Origin: Halogranum rubrum
Lineage (GTDB): Archaea; Halobacteriota; Halobacteria; Halobacteriales; Haloferacaceae
Reading direction: 5' to 3'
Length of the DNA stretch: 64,000 nt
Assembly: GCF_900114455.1 (NCBI RefSeq)
Contig: NZ_FOTC01000002.1
Coordinates: 217,012 to 281,011 of the forward strand
A model generated the notes under the pieces. It did not search any database. It was not told where the DNA came from and saw nothing but the letters and a program-made list of their open reading frames with translations. Made by a program: the position numbers and the translations under genes. Of this stretch, positions 19,064-28,635 are shown one piece after another. Position 1 is the first letter of the stretch. Each line of letters begins with the position of its first letter.

Positions 19064-19077
19064 TTTCGAACGCGAAA
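19064..19077. promoter_or_regulatory. palindrome TTTCG-AACG-CGAAA abutting the ppsA start codon
   Basis: Read directly. The last A is the A of ATG 19077. A TATA-like ttctttag sits at 19042-19049. Confidence 0.35.
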
Positions 19078-21368
19078 TGGCTCTACTTTGGCTGGACGAC
19101 GTCAGGGCTGCGGACCTCGAGACAGTCGGTGGGAAAGGAGCGTCGCTGGGGGAACTCACCTCCGCGGGCCTCCCCGTACCACCGGGTTTCGTCGTAACGG
19201 CGGGTACCTACCGCGACTTCATCGAGAAGTCCGGAATCGACGAGGACCTGTTCGCTGCGATGGATATCGACTCCGAGGACTCCAAGGCGCTCGCCGGAGC
19301 GCAGGAACGTGCGCACGAACTCATCATGGGGACGCCGATGCCCGAGGAGGTACGTGCCGAAATCCTCGAAGCGTACCGGACGGTCGGAACCGACGGCGAG
19401 CAGGCGTTCGTCGCCGTCCGTTCGTCGGCGACGGCCGAGGACCTCCCGGACGCCTCCTTCGCGGGGCAACAGGAGACGTTCCTCAACGTCCGCGAGAAGG
19501 ACCTCCTCGAACGCGTCAAGGAGTGTTGGGCGTCCCTCTTCTCGCAACGCGCCATCTACTACCGTAACCAGAAAGGATTCCCGCACCACGAAGTCGACAT
19601 CGCCGTCGTCGTCCAACAGATGGTCGACGCCGAGAAGTCGGGTGTGATGTTCACCTCCCACCCCTCGACGGGCGAACCGCGCGTCATCATCGAGGCGGCG
19701 TGGGGACTCGGTGAAGCCGTCGTCTCCGGCGCCGTCTCGCCCGACAACTATGTCGTCGACCGCAAGACGGGAGACGTCGCCGACGTCACCATCGCGGACA
19801 AGAAGGTGATGCACGTCAAAGACGAAGCGACGGGCGAGACCGTCGAAGTCGAGGTTCCCGAAGAGAAACGCGAACAGCGCGTCCTCTCCGACGAGGAGAT
19901 TGCCGCACTGGTCGCTCTCGGCGAGGAAGTCGAGGACCACTACGAGACGCCACAGGACGTCGAGTGGGCCATCGTCGACGGCGAGATATACATGCTTCAG
20001 TCGCGACCCATCACGACCATCAGTGACTCGGGTGCCGAGGAGTCCTCGGGTGAGGCTATCGCCAACGGCGGGGCCGAAGCGACCCAAAGCTCCGGCGACG
20101 TCCTGCTTCGCGGCTTGGGCGCCAGTCCCGGCATCGTCTCCGGCAGTGTTCGCATCGTCACGAAACTCGACCAACTGGACAAAGTCGTCGAGGGCGACAT
20201 CATCGTCACCGAGATGACGATGCCAGACATGGTGCCCGCGATGAAGCGCGCCGCGGGTATCGTCACCGACGAAGGCGGGATGACCTCCCACGCCGCCATC
20301 GTCTCCCGTGAACTCGGCGTCCCCGCTGTCGTCGGCTGTGGCAGTGCGACCCGCGAACTCACAGACGACCAAGTCATCACCATCGACGGCGACAAGGGAA
20401 CCATCCGCGAGGGTCGAGAGACGAAGGACGTCGAAGAGCGCGAACCCGTCGAAGACGTTCGCCCGAAGACGCCCGTCAAACCGATGACCGCGACGGAGGT
20501 CAAAGTCAACGTCTCCATCCCGGAGGCGGCCGAACGTGCCGCCGCTACCGGTGCCGACGGCGTCGGACTCCTCCGCATCGAGCATATGGTACTCTCGCTC
20601 GGGATGACTCCCGAGAAGTACATCAAAGAGCACGGCGAACGCGCCTACGTCGACGAAATCGTCGAGGGCGTTCGCACCGTCGCCGAGGAGTTCTACCCGC
20701 GGCCGGTCCGTGTCCGTACGTTGGACGCGCCGACCGACGAGTTCCGCCAACTCCCCGGCGGCGAGGACGAACCGAACGAGCACAACCCGATGCTCGGCTA
20801 CCGCGGTATCCGGCGGAGTCTCGACAAACCCGACGTGTTCAAACACGAACTGCGGGCGTTCCGACGCCTGTACGAGATGGGGTACGACAACGTCGAGATG
20901 ATGTTCCCGCTCATCAACGACGCCGAGGAGGTGTACCAGGTGAAGAACCTGATGCGTGAGACGGGCATCAACCCCGACAAACACGATTGGGGCGTGATGG
21001 TCGAGACGCCAGCGAGCGCACTCGGCATCCGCAGTCTCGCCGAGGCGGGCATCGACTTTGCCTCCTTCGGGACGAACGACCTCACCCAGTACACGCTCGC
21101 CGTCGACCGCAACAACGAGAACGTCGCCGACCGATTCGACGAACTCCATCCTGCCGTCTTGGAACTCATCGGTTCGACTATCGAGACGTGCCGCGAACTC
21201 GGCGTCAAGACGAGTATCTGCGGACAGGCCGGGTCGAAGTCGAAGATGGTCCAGTTCCTCGTCGACGAGGGTGTCACCTCCATCTCGGCGAACATCGACG
21301 CCGTCCGCGACGTCCAACACGAGGTCAAACGCGTCGAGCAGAAACTCATCCTCGACTCGGTTCGATAG
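19077..21368 (+). CDS. ppsA: phosphoenolpyruvate synthase (pyruvate, water dikinase)
   Basis: 763 aa with all three domains. N-terminal ATP-grasp (GGKGASLGEL). Central phospho-histidine domain (GGMTSHAAIVSRELGVPAVVG). C-terminal PEP-utilising TIM barrel (FASFGTNDLTQYTLAVDR). Confidence 0.95.
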   Translation: MALLWLDDVRAADLETVGGKGASLGELTSAGLPVPPGFVVTAGTYRDFIEKSGIDEDLFAAMDIDSEDSKALAGAQERAHELIMGTPMPEEVRAEILEAYRTVGTDGEQAFVAVRSSATAEDLPDASFAGQQETFLNVREKDLLERVKECWASLFSQRAIYYRNQKGFPHHEVDIAVVVQQMVDAEKSGVMFTSHPSTGEPRVIIEAAWGLGEAVVSGAVSPDNYVVDRKTGDVADVTIADKKVMHVKDEATGETVEVEVPEEKREQRVLSDEEIAALVALGEEVEDHYETPQDVEWAIVDGEIYMLQSRPITTISDSGAEESSGEAIANGGAEATQSSGDVLLRGLGASPGIVSGSVRIVTKLDQLDKVVEGDIIVTEMTMPDMVPAMKRAAGIVTDEGGMTSHAAIVSRELGVPAVVGCGSATRELTDDQVITIDGDKGTIREGRETKDVEEREPVEDVRPKTPVKPMTATEVKVNVSIPEAAERAAATGADGVGLLRIEHMVLSLGMTPEKYIKEHGERAYVDEIVEGVRTVAEEFYPRPVRVRTLDAPTDEFRQLPGGEDEPNEHNPMLGYRGIRRSLDKPDVFKHELRAFRRLYEMGYDNVEMMFPLINDAEEVYQVKNLMRETGINPDKHDWGVMVETPASALGIRSLAEAGIDFASFGTNDLTQYTLAVDRNNENVADRFDELHPAVLELIGSTIETCRELGVKTSICGQAGSKSKMVQFLVDEGVTSISANIDAVRDVQHEVKRVEQKLILDSVR

Positions 21369-21394
21369 CGAGGCGAAGACGCTCCGGCGCGGCA

Positions 21395-21424
21395 GTCTTT
21401 TCGACGCCACGGTCTTTTCGACGC
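21395..21424 (+). terminator. tandem 13-bp direct repeat GTCTTTTCGACGC x2 (two T4 tracts) 27 bp downstream of ppsA stop; candidate oligo-T terminator pair
   Basis: Read directly: GTCTTTTCGACGC at 21395-21407 and again at 21412-21424. Confidence 0.4.
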
Positions 21425-21484
21425 AGCAGAGTGAGCGACAGTCTCTCAGATACTGATTGATGTCCTCTCGGTGCGTCTCTAACG

Positions 21485-22246
21485 GTGAGAATACTCATGT
21501 CACAAACAGTCTCTACTCAACCGGTCGGCTCGACGCGCCGCTTCGGCCCGAGCGTCCGCGCTGTACTGGTCGCGACCGGCCTCGTCGTCGCCGCCGTCCT
21601 CCTCAGTGTGGTCGTCGGCGTCGCCGTCGTCCTCCCGCTCATCTTCGGCGGGTTCGAAGCCACCTCCGGTGTCGTGCTCGTCGCTTCACTGTTCGCCACG
21701 CAACTCTCCTTTGCCGTCGTCGGCCTCCTCTACCTCTGGCGACGCGACTGGTCGGTTTCGTTCGCGGCACCCACTCGTCGTGACCTAACGTGGGTCGTCG
21801 GGGGCGTCGTCGCCACCGTCGTCGCGGCTATCGGTCTGCTCGCGCTCTCGGAGTTCCTCGGTATCGAACCGGTCGAGAGCGTCGTCGAAGCGCCCGTCCT
21901 CGCGAACCCGACGCTCCTCTTGCTCCTCGCCGGACTCTCGCTCGTCCTCGTCGCCCCCGTCGAAGAGTTCCTCTTCCGCGGTGTCGTGCAGGGCCGCCTC
22001 CGCCGCTCGCTCGGCGCGCCCGCAGCCATCGGCGTGGCGAGTCTCCTCTTCGCCTCGATTCACCTCCTGAACCTCGTCGCCGTCGGCGTCGGTGCCATCG
22101 TGATGGTCGCCGTCATCTTCGTCGTCGGGGCGGTGCTGGGCGTCGCCTACGAGCGAACCGAGAACCTCCTCGTGCCCATCCTCATCCACGGCGCGTACAA
22201 CACGACGCTGTTCGTCATCTCGTACGTCTCGCTCGGTGGGTTCTGA
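21485..22246 (+). CDS. CPBP-family (CAAX/Abi) intramembrane metalloprotease
   Basis: EEFLFRGVVQ, FASIHLLN and HGAYN motifs. Multi-TM. Start possibly ATG 21500. Confidence 0.8.
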   Translation: MRILMSQTVSTQPVGSTRRFGPSVRAVLVATGLVVAAVLLSVVVGVAVVLPLIFGGFEATSGVVLVASLFATQLSFAVVGLLYLWRRDWSVSFAAPTRRDLTWVVGGVVATVVAAIGLLALSEFLGIEPVESVVEAPVLANPTLLLLLAGLSLVLVAPVEEFLFRGVVQGRLRRSLGAPAAIGVASLLFASIHLLNLVAVGVGAIVMVAVIFVVGAVLGVAYERTENLLVPILIHGAYNTTLFVISYVSLGGF

Positions 22247-22312
22247 GACCGACCGAGAGCTCCAGAGAGACACCGAGACAGAGCGGAACCGATAAACCCG
22301 GCCGGGAGCAAC

Positions 22313-23407
22313 GTGGCGGACATGCAGCGTGTCGCCCCGGAACCACAGGAGTTCGACCGCGTCCTCTCGTCGATGTGTACGGAGCCACACCCCGTCGCCC
22401 GGGAGGCCGCCACGCGCTTTTTCGCGACGAACCCCGGCGACCCCGCGACGTATCAGGAGGTCGCCGCCCTCGAAGCGCGCGCCGTCGACGCTCTCGGCGA
22501 CATCGCCGGACTCCCAGACCCGCACGGCTACATCGCCAGCGGCGGGACGGAGGCGAACATCCAGGCGGTTCGGGCCGCGCGCAACCTCGCACGTGAGTCG
22601 GGTGGCCGACCCTCGAAGACGGACTCTCCCGTGGTCGTCGCCCCAGAGAGCGTCCACTTCAGCTTTCAGAAGGCCGCAGACGTCCTCGACGTCGAGTTAC
22701 GAACCGTCCCGGTCGACGAGGAGTTCCGTGCCGACCTCGGGGCCGTCGAGGCCGCCGTCGACGACGACACGATTCTGGTCGTTGGTGTCGCCGGTACGAC
22801 CGAGTACGGTCGCGTCGACCCGATTCCCGAACTCGCCGCAATCGCCCACGACCACGGTGCGCAACTCCACGTCGACGCCGCGTGGGGTGGGTTCTACCTC
22901 CCCTTCACTACCCACCAGTGGAACTTCACCCACGCCGACGTGGACACGATGACCATCGACCCCCACAAGGTTGGACAGGCCGTCGTCCCCGCCGGTGGAC
23001 TACTCGCCCGTGACCGGACGACACTGGACGCTCTCGCCGTCGACACGCCCTACCTCGAATCCACGTCGCAGGCGACGCTGACGGGCACGCGAAGCGGGGC
23101 GGGTGTCGCGAGTGCGGCGGCGGTCCTCGACGAACTCTGGCCCGACGGCTATCGGCAAAATTTCGAGTCGTCGATGGCCGACGCCGAGTGGTTGGCCGCG
23201 GCGCTCGACTCGCGCGGATTCGACGTGGTCGACCCCGAACTACCGCTCGTCGCCGCCCGTATTCCGGACGACCTCTTCGACGCGCTTCGAGCGGCCGACT
23301 GGCGTATCTCGCGGACCGCTTCGGGCGAACTCCGTATCGTCTGTATGCCCCACGTGACCCGCGAGACGCTCCGTGCGTTCGTCGCCGACATCGACACGTT
23401 GGTGTGA
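22313..23407 (+). CDS. mfnA: L-tyrosine/L-aspartate decarboxylase (PLP-dependent, group II)
   Basis: 364 aa. The N-terminus matches the archaeal MfnA family ([11 protein letters not shown]...ATRFF.TN.GDP...EA..V..LGD..G...[12 protein letters not shown]) and is followed by the decarboxylase core. The PLP-lysine motif itself was not read. Confidence 0.85.
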   Translation: MADMQRVAPEPQEFDRVLSSMCTEPHPVAREAATRFFATNPGDPATYQEVAALEARAVDALGDIAGLPDPHGYIASGGTEANIQAVRAARNLARESGGRPSKTDSPVVVAPESVHFSFQKAADVLDVELRTVPVDEEFRADLGAVEAAVDDDTILVVGVAGTTEYGRVDPIPELAAIAHDHGAQLHVDAAWGGFYLPFTTHQWNFTHADVDTMTIDPHKVGQAVVPAGGLLARDRTTLDALAVDTPYLESTSQATLTGTRSGAGVASAAAVLDELWPDGYRQNFESSMADAEWLAAALDSRGFDVVDPELPLVAARIPDDLFDALRAADWRISRTASGELRIVCMPHVTRETLRAFVADIDTLV

Positions 23408-23480
23408 CCGCCGTGTCGACTCTCTTGTCACGAATCTAGAGAGTCTCACAACCTCAAGACTTACAAACACACACTGGTGA

Positions 23481-24050
23481 GTGTGGATTGTGCTATCCGG
23501 TCTATCCCTCCTCGATACCGTTCTCGTCGGCGGTGTCGACTTCGCGTGGCTCGAACGCCTCGTCGAGCACGCCACGGGATGGCTCGGCCTCGTCATCATC
23601 TGGGTCTACTCGTTTCTCATCGCCTTCGCGCTCCCCGGCGTGAGCGAAGTCGTCCTCGCCGCGCCCTTGGACCTCGGACTCGGCTACTGGCCGCGGATGT
23701 CGGTCATCATCTTCGTCAGCGCCTTCGGGAAAGCCGCGGGTAGCGTCTTCGCGTTCCACATCGGCCAGGAAGCGAAAGATTCGGGATGGATAATCAAACG
23801 TCTCCGCAACTCGCGATTCGACATCATCGAGTGGTCCGAACGCCAGACGGTGACGATTGCCCAGAAGTGGGGCTACGCCGGTCTCGCGCTCGCGCTCTGC
23901 GTACCGGGGTTCCCCGACACGCTCTCTATCTACGCGTTCTCCGTGCTCGAAGAGGACTACGTGAAGTTCGCGGTGGCGACGTTCGTCGGCAGTGCCGGGC
24001 GTCTCATCCTCTGGTTGGCGGGTGCAGAGGCCGTCCTCTCCGTCCTCTGA
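23481..24050 (+). CDS. DedA/VTT-domain membrane protein
   Basis: 189 aa, 4-5 TM, similar to the SNARE-associated/DedA family. Confidence 0.6.
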   Translation: MWIVLSGLSLLDTVLVGGVDFAWLERLVEHATGWLGLVIIWVYSFLIAFALPGVSEVVLAAPLDLGLGYWPRMSVIIFVSAFGKAAGSVFAFHIGQEAKDSGWIIKRLRNSRFDIIEWSERQTVTIAQKWGYAGLALALCVPGFPDTLSIYAFSVLEEDYVKFAVATFVGSAGRLILWLAGAEAVLSVL

Positions 24051-24340
24051 CTCTCCGCTCACCGCCTGCGCCTGCGTCGCGAGATTTATCAGTCGCTGGT
24101 GTCTCTGTTCCGTTGTGAACTCGGTCCACCCGACCACCACGATGCCGATGCGCATGCGACTCTTCTAGCGACGGGTGGACCCTTCGTGCGGCGGTCGGTC
24201 GGTAACACGACTCGGCCACCGTCGTCGGTGAACCCCGCGAGTACGACACGACTACGACGGTCCGTTTCGACGAGCACCGACCGACAATCGACAGAAACCA
24301 GCGGGCTTTAGGCCCGTTTCCGAGAGACAAGAGACAAGAC

Positions 24341-26488
24341 ATGAGTCACGAAGATTTCCCCACCGAGAACCCGGCGGTGGTCACCTGTGGGTTGCCCTAC
24401 GCAAACGGCGACCTGCACGTCGGCCACCTCCGAACCTACGTCGGCGGCGACGTGTTCGCCCGCTCGCTTCGCAAGCTAGGCCAACAGACGGCGTTCGTCT
24501 CCGGGTCCGACATGCACGGCACACCAGTCGCGGTCAACGCCGCGAAGGAAGGCGTCACCCCCGAGGAGTTCGCCCTCGACTGGCACGAGAAGTACGAGGC
24601 GACGTTCCCGAAGTTCAACGTCGAGTTCGACAACTACGGTCACACACACGACGAGACGAACACCCAGTTGACCCAAGACATCGTCCGCACGCTGGACGAG
24701 AACGGTCACGTCTACGAGGACGAGGTCATGGTCGGCTACGACCCGGAGGCCGACCAGTGGCTCCCCGACCGCTACGTCGAAGGGAAATGCCCGTACTGCG
24801 GCGCACACGCCCGCGGCGACGAGTGTGACGAGGGCTGTCAGCGCCACCTCGAACCCGGCGAGATAGAGGACCCGGTGTCGACGCTCACCGGCAACACCGC
24901 CGAGTACCGCGAGCGGACGCACAAGTTCTTCCGCGTCTCCGAGTTCCAGGAGTACCTCCAGGAGTTCATCGACCGACTGGAAGGAACCTCGAACGCCCGG
25001 AACCAGCCTCGAGAGTGGATCGAGGGCGAACTGCAGGACTGGTGTATCACCCGCGATATGGACTGGGGTATCGACTACCCGGACGACGACGCCTCAGAAG
25101 AGTCGGACGGCAGTCTGTCGCCCTCCGACACTGATGACCTGGTGCTCTACGTCTGGGTCGACGCCCCCATCGAGTACATCTCTTCGACGAAGCAGTACAC
25201 CGAACGCGTCGGCGCAGAGACCTACGACTGGGAACAGACGTGGAAAGAGTCTGGAGAAATCGTCCACATCATCGGCCGCGACATCATCCAACACCACACG
25301 GTGTTCTGGCCGGCGATGCTCAAAGGGGCGGACTACAACGAACCGCGCGCCGTCATGGCGAGCGGGTTCGTCACCCTCGGCGGCAAAGGCTTCTCCACGA
25401 GTCGTAACCGCGCCGTCTGGGCCGACGAGTATCTCGACGAAGGGTTCCACCCCGACCTGCTTCGCTACTACATCGCCACCAACGGTGGCTTCCAGCAGGA
25501 CGTCGACTTCTCGTGGGAGAAGTTCCGTGACCGAGTCAACTCCGAACTCGTCGGCACCGTCGGCAACTACCTCTACCGGTCGCTGCTCTTCGCGTACCGA
25601 AACTACGAGGGGACGCCCGACGCTCCCCTCAGCGACGAGGTTCGCGAGCGTATCGAGGAGGCCCAGTCGGAGTTCGGCGAAGCCGTCAACGACTACAACG
25701 TCCGCAAGGCCGGTACTGCCGCCGTCCGACTGGCGAAGTTCGGCAACGAGTTCATCCAGCGCAACGAACCGTGGAAGCTCACCGACGAGAACCCCGAGGA
25801 GGCCGCGCAGGTCATCCGCGACTGTGTCCAGATTGCGAAGGCAATCGCCGTCCTCTTCGAGCCAATCGCCCCCGAGAAGTGCCAGCGGCTCTGGCGCGGG
25901 TTGAACGAGGACGGCCACGTCCGCGACGTCGGCATCGACGCCGCACTCGACGACCCCGCCGCTTCCTTCGACGAACCGACGGAACTGTTCGAGAAGATCG
26001 AAGACGAGCGTGTCGAGGAACTCAACGAGAAACTCGAAGCGCGTACCGCCGAGGCGACGGCAGACAGCGAAGACGGCGCAGACAGCGCAGACGGCGAAGA
26101 AACCGAAACCGATGACTCCGCGGAGTCGAGTGACGGAGACGTGACCGCAGAACTCGAACCACTCACCGAGGAACGCATCGGCTTCGACGACTTCCAAGCG
26201 CTCGACCTCCGTGTCGGCGAGATTCTCGCCGCCGAGGGCATCGAGGGTGCGGACAAACTCGCCAAACTCACCGTCGACATCGGCTTCGAGGAGCGCCAAA
26301 TCGTCGCCGGCATCAAACAACTGCACGACCTGGACGCGCTCGTCGGCGAACGTATCGTCGTCGTCGCGAACCTCGAAAAAGCGGAACTGTTCGGCGTGGA
26401 GTCCAACGGGATGCTCTTGGCCGCGGGCGACCAAGCCGACATCCTGACCACCCACGGCGACGCGGAACCCGGAACGAAGATTCAGTAA
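24341..26488 (+). CDS. metG: methionine--tRNA ligase with C-terminal tRNA-binding (EMAP/Trbp111-like) domain
   Basis: 715 aa. HIGH motif (PYANGDLHVGHL). Zn knuckle (CPYCGA...C.EGC). An acidic linker, then a C-terminal OB-fold tRNA-binding domain (LDLRVGEILAAE...ERQIVAGIKQ). Confidence 0.95.
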   Translation: MSHEDFPTENPAVVTCGLPYANGDLHVGHLRTYVGGDVFARSLRKLGQQTAFVSGSDMHGTPVAVNAAKEGVTPEEFALDWHEKYEATFPKFNVEFDNYGHTHDETNTQLTQDIVRTLDENGHVYEDEVMVGYDPEADQWLPDRYVEGKCPYCGAHARGDECDEGCQRHLEPGEIEDPVSTLTGNTAEYRERTHKFFRVSEFQEYLQEFIDRLEGTSNARNQPREWIEGELQDWCITRDMDWGIDYPDDDASEESDGSLSPSDTDDLVLYVWVDAPIEYISSTKQYTERVGAETYDWEQTWKESGEIVHIIGRDIIQHHTVFWPAMLKGADYNEPRAVMASGFVTLGGKGFSTSRNRAVWADEYLDEGFHPDLLRYYIATNGGFQQDVDFSWEKFRDRVNSELVGTVGNYLYRSLLFAYRNYEGTPDAPLSDEVRERIEEAQSEFGEAVNDYNVRKAGTAAVRLAKFGNEFIQRNEPWKLTDENPEEAAQVIRDCVQIAKAIAVLFEPIAPEKCQRLWRGLNEDGHVRDVGIDAALDDPAASFDEPTELFEKIEDERVEELNEKLEARTAEATADSEDGADSADGEETETDDSAESSDGDVTAELEPLTEERIGFDDFQALDLRVGEILAAEGIEGADKLAKLTVDIGFEERQIVAGIKQLHDLDALVGERIVVVANLEKAELFGVESNGMLLAAGDQADILTTHGDAEPGTKIQ

Positions 26489-26508
26489 CGCGCTCCGACA
26501 CCGCTCGC

Positions 26509-26527
26509 CGGTCTCGACGTGAGACCG
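26509..26527. terminator. GC-rich hairpin (CGGTCTC-gacgt-GAGACCG) between convergent metG and adh genes
   Basis: 7-bp perfect stem and 5-nt loop, read directly. No adjoining T-tract, so terminator function is uncertain. Confidence 0.3.
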
Positions 26528-26542
26528 CGTCGGCGACGACGC

Positions 26543-27610
26543 TCAGTCGGCGAACTCCGTACAGACGGGGATTCCCATCGTCTCGAAGTCTGTCATCGCG
26601 GCCAGTTCGTCCGGCACTTGGTGGATATCTATCGTCTTGTCGACGAGGAGCGTCGGGTCTATCTTCCCCGTCTGAATCATGTCCAACATCTCCGAGTAGC
26701 GAGAGGGTTGGAGACCGAGTGAGCCGACGAACTCTATCTCCTTGGCGACGAACTCGTCGGTCGGAAGCGGAATCATCCCCTGTTCGTCGGACGTCGTGAG
26801 TCCGATTTGGACGTGTCGGCCACCCTTCCCGAGACTCCGGACCGCGTTTTGACAGGTCGTCTTGATTCCGAGTGCGTCGACGGAGATGTCTGCGCCACCG
26901 TCGGTGATGTCGCGGACTTCCTTGGCGGGGTCGTCGACGTCTCGGGCGTTGACCGTCTCGACTGCGCCCAGTTCTTGGGCTTTCTCCAGTTTCTCGTCCA
27001 TCAGGTCGACGGCGACGACGTTGCCACCGAGTGCGTCGGCGATGTGGACCGCCGAGAGACCGATTCCGCCACAGCCGTGGACGACGACGTCGTCGCCGCC
27101 GCCGACGTCGCCCTGATGGGCCATCCCGTGGTACGACGTCATGAACCGACAGCCGATACCGGCCGCAGTGTCTGTCGAGATGTCGTCCGGGAGCGGAACC
27201 GCGTTGATGTCGGCGTTCGGGACGTGCACTTCCTCGGCGAAGGCACCGGGAGCCTCGTTCATGAAGCCGAGTCCGACGTGGTTCTCGCAGATGTTCTCGT
27301 GGCCGTTCCGACAGAGGTCACACTTCCCACACGCGAAGTTGAACGGGATGGCGATGTGGTCTCCCTCGGCGACCGACTCGACTTCGGACCCCACCTCGAC
27401 GACCGTTCCACATGGTTCGTGACCGAGTACGTGCGGCGGGTCCGGTCGGTAGCCGAACCAGTCCCAGTCGCCCTGCCAACAGTGCCAGTCACTTCGGCAG
27501 ACGCCACAGCCATCGACTTTCGCGACGATGCCGTGCGACTCTGGCTCCGGTCGGTCGACGTCCTGTACTTCTAGCGGTTCTTGAAACGCTTCGAGGACAA
27601 CGGCCTGCAT
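26543..27610 (-). CDS. zinc-dependent alcohol dehydrogenase family (MDR) oxidoreductase
   Basis: Start ATG 27610 (MQAVVLEAF). Catalytic Zn ligands (GVCRSDWH) and a structural Zn site (C..C..C..C). NAD(P)-binding GxGxxG (VVHGCGGIG). Confidence 0.85.
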   Translation of the reverse strand: MQAVVLEAFQEPLEVQDVDRPEPESHGIVAKVDGCGVCRSDWHCWQGDWDWFGYRPDPPHVLGHEPCGTVVEVGSEVESVAEGDHIAIPFNFACGKCDLCRNGHENICENHVGLGFMNEAPGAFAEEVHVPNADINAVPLPDDISTDTAAGIGCRFMTSYHGMAHQGDVGGGDDVVVHGCGGIGLSAVHIADALGGNVVAVDLMDEKLEKAQELGAVETVNARDVDDPAKEVRDITDGGADISVDALGIKTTCQNAVRSLGKGGRHVQIGLTTSDEQGMIPLPTDEFVAKEIEFVGSLGLQPSRYSEMLDMIQTGKIDPTLLVDKTIDIHQVPDELAAMTDFETMGIPVCTEFAD

Positions 27611-27750
27611 GACATACACAACCACGCCCCATGATGACAAATAGTTATGGATTTAAATAGACATGTCTCTCCGACGGTTCGCCAGACATCGTTTCAGAAG
27701 CGAGGGAGAACACGGGCCGCCAAGTCGACCACTCCTCCGACGAAGAGCGA

Positions 27751-28137
27751 CTACGCCTCGTACAGCCGTTGGAAGTCTTCCGGAAGTTGCGCCAGCGTAT
27801 CGTCCCACCGGTCGTCGTCGGTTGACTCGGTGAGACCGACGAGGACGGACCTGACGTGGGTGGGTGCGTCGTTGCCGTCGAGTTCGGCGTGTTCTTCTTC
27901 GCGACGACGAACTCGTTCGATGAACTCGTCGGCGTCGAACTCGTCGGCGTTACCGTCCGACTGCGTCACTGCCGCCGCCAGATTGTCTGGCAGGCCCGCC
28001 GCGAGGTCTTCCGCCTGTCCGTGGCTAAGTCGCTCGCTCAAGACGGAGAGAATCGACTCCGCGGCGGCGGCCACGGCCGATTCGGTTTGAAGGTCACTCT
28101 GCGCCTGTACCGTCCGAACAAACTCGTCGTAGTTCAT
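27751..28137 (-). CDS. DUF2267-domain protein
   Basis: 128 aa. MNYDEFVRTVQAQSDL...SERLSHGQAEDLAAGLP matches the DUF2267 family pattern. Confidence 0.65.
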   Translation of the reverse strand: MNYDEFVRTVQAQSDLQTESAVAAAAESILSVLSERLSHGQAEDLAAGLPDNLAAAVTQSDGNADEFDADEFIERVRRREEEHAELDGNDAPTHVRSVLVGLTESTDDDRWDDTLAQLPEDFQRLYEA

Positions 28138-28194
28138 CGATATCTCGGTTGTTGCATCCGGTGGAGGGTAGTCACGGGGTCGAATAGCCGACTG

Positions 28195-28425
28195 TTAGAC
28201 GTCGGCGTGCAGGTAGATGGTGTCGTCGGAGACAGTCTCTATCTGTTCAGGTTCGAGCGCGAGTCGGTCGTTGTCGTCGGTGAGTGCCGACTCCGTGCTC
28301 GCGGATAGCCCGGACTCTCCTTTGAGGATGGCCTTGTCTGCCTCGACGGCGGTCACCTTGCCGATAGCTTCGCCGTTCGGTCCCTCGACGTGCTTTCCGA
28401 CCAGCTCGTCGGTGATGTGCTCCAT
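28195..28425 (-). CDS. small PRC-barrel-like protein
   Basis: Start ATG 28425 (MEHITDELVGKHVEGPNGEAIGKVTAVEAD). Resembles PRC-barrel stand-alone proteins. Domain assignment is tentative. Confidence 0.45.
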   Translation of the reverse strand: MEHITDELVGKHVEGPNGEAIGKVTAVEADKAILKGESGLSASTESALTDDNDRLALEPEQIETVSDDTIYLHADV

Positions 28426-28635
28426 TGCACTTCGCCGGTTCACTCGGCCGCTGGTTAGGGCTTATTGCCGTTTGCCCGAGATGTCACACAGCTGCTGGCT
28501 ACCGAACAGTTCGACTGGCCTATCGAAACACGGGACTTGGGACTATATAGCCCTCGTGAGCCATCCCCAGCAAATGTTACTCGCAGTTCGGTAGTATCGT
28601 CGGGCTTTTTCAATAGGTCCACCGTATCGAGGGGC

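Noticed and set aside
19083-21410. 775-aa ORF antisense to the entire ppsA gene
   Set aside because: ppsA on the + strand is unambiguous (all three domain signatures). The antisense product is Arg/Val/Asp-rich low-complexity sequence, typical of frame-shadow ORFs in >60% GC DNA.
25094-26455. 453-aa and 252-aa ORFs antisense to metG
   Set aside because: metG is unambiguous. The antisense translations are low-complexity.
28580-28600. TACTC...GTAGTA element upstream of pyk as a TrmB (TACT-N7-8-GAGTA) operator
   Set aside because: The spacing is 11 bp and the right half is AGTA rather than GAGTA. It does not meet the published consensus. It is kept only as a side note in the ppsA/pyk finding.
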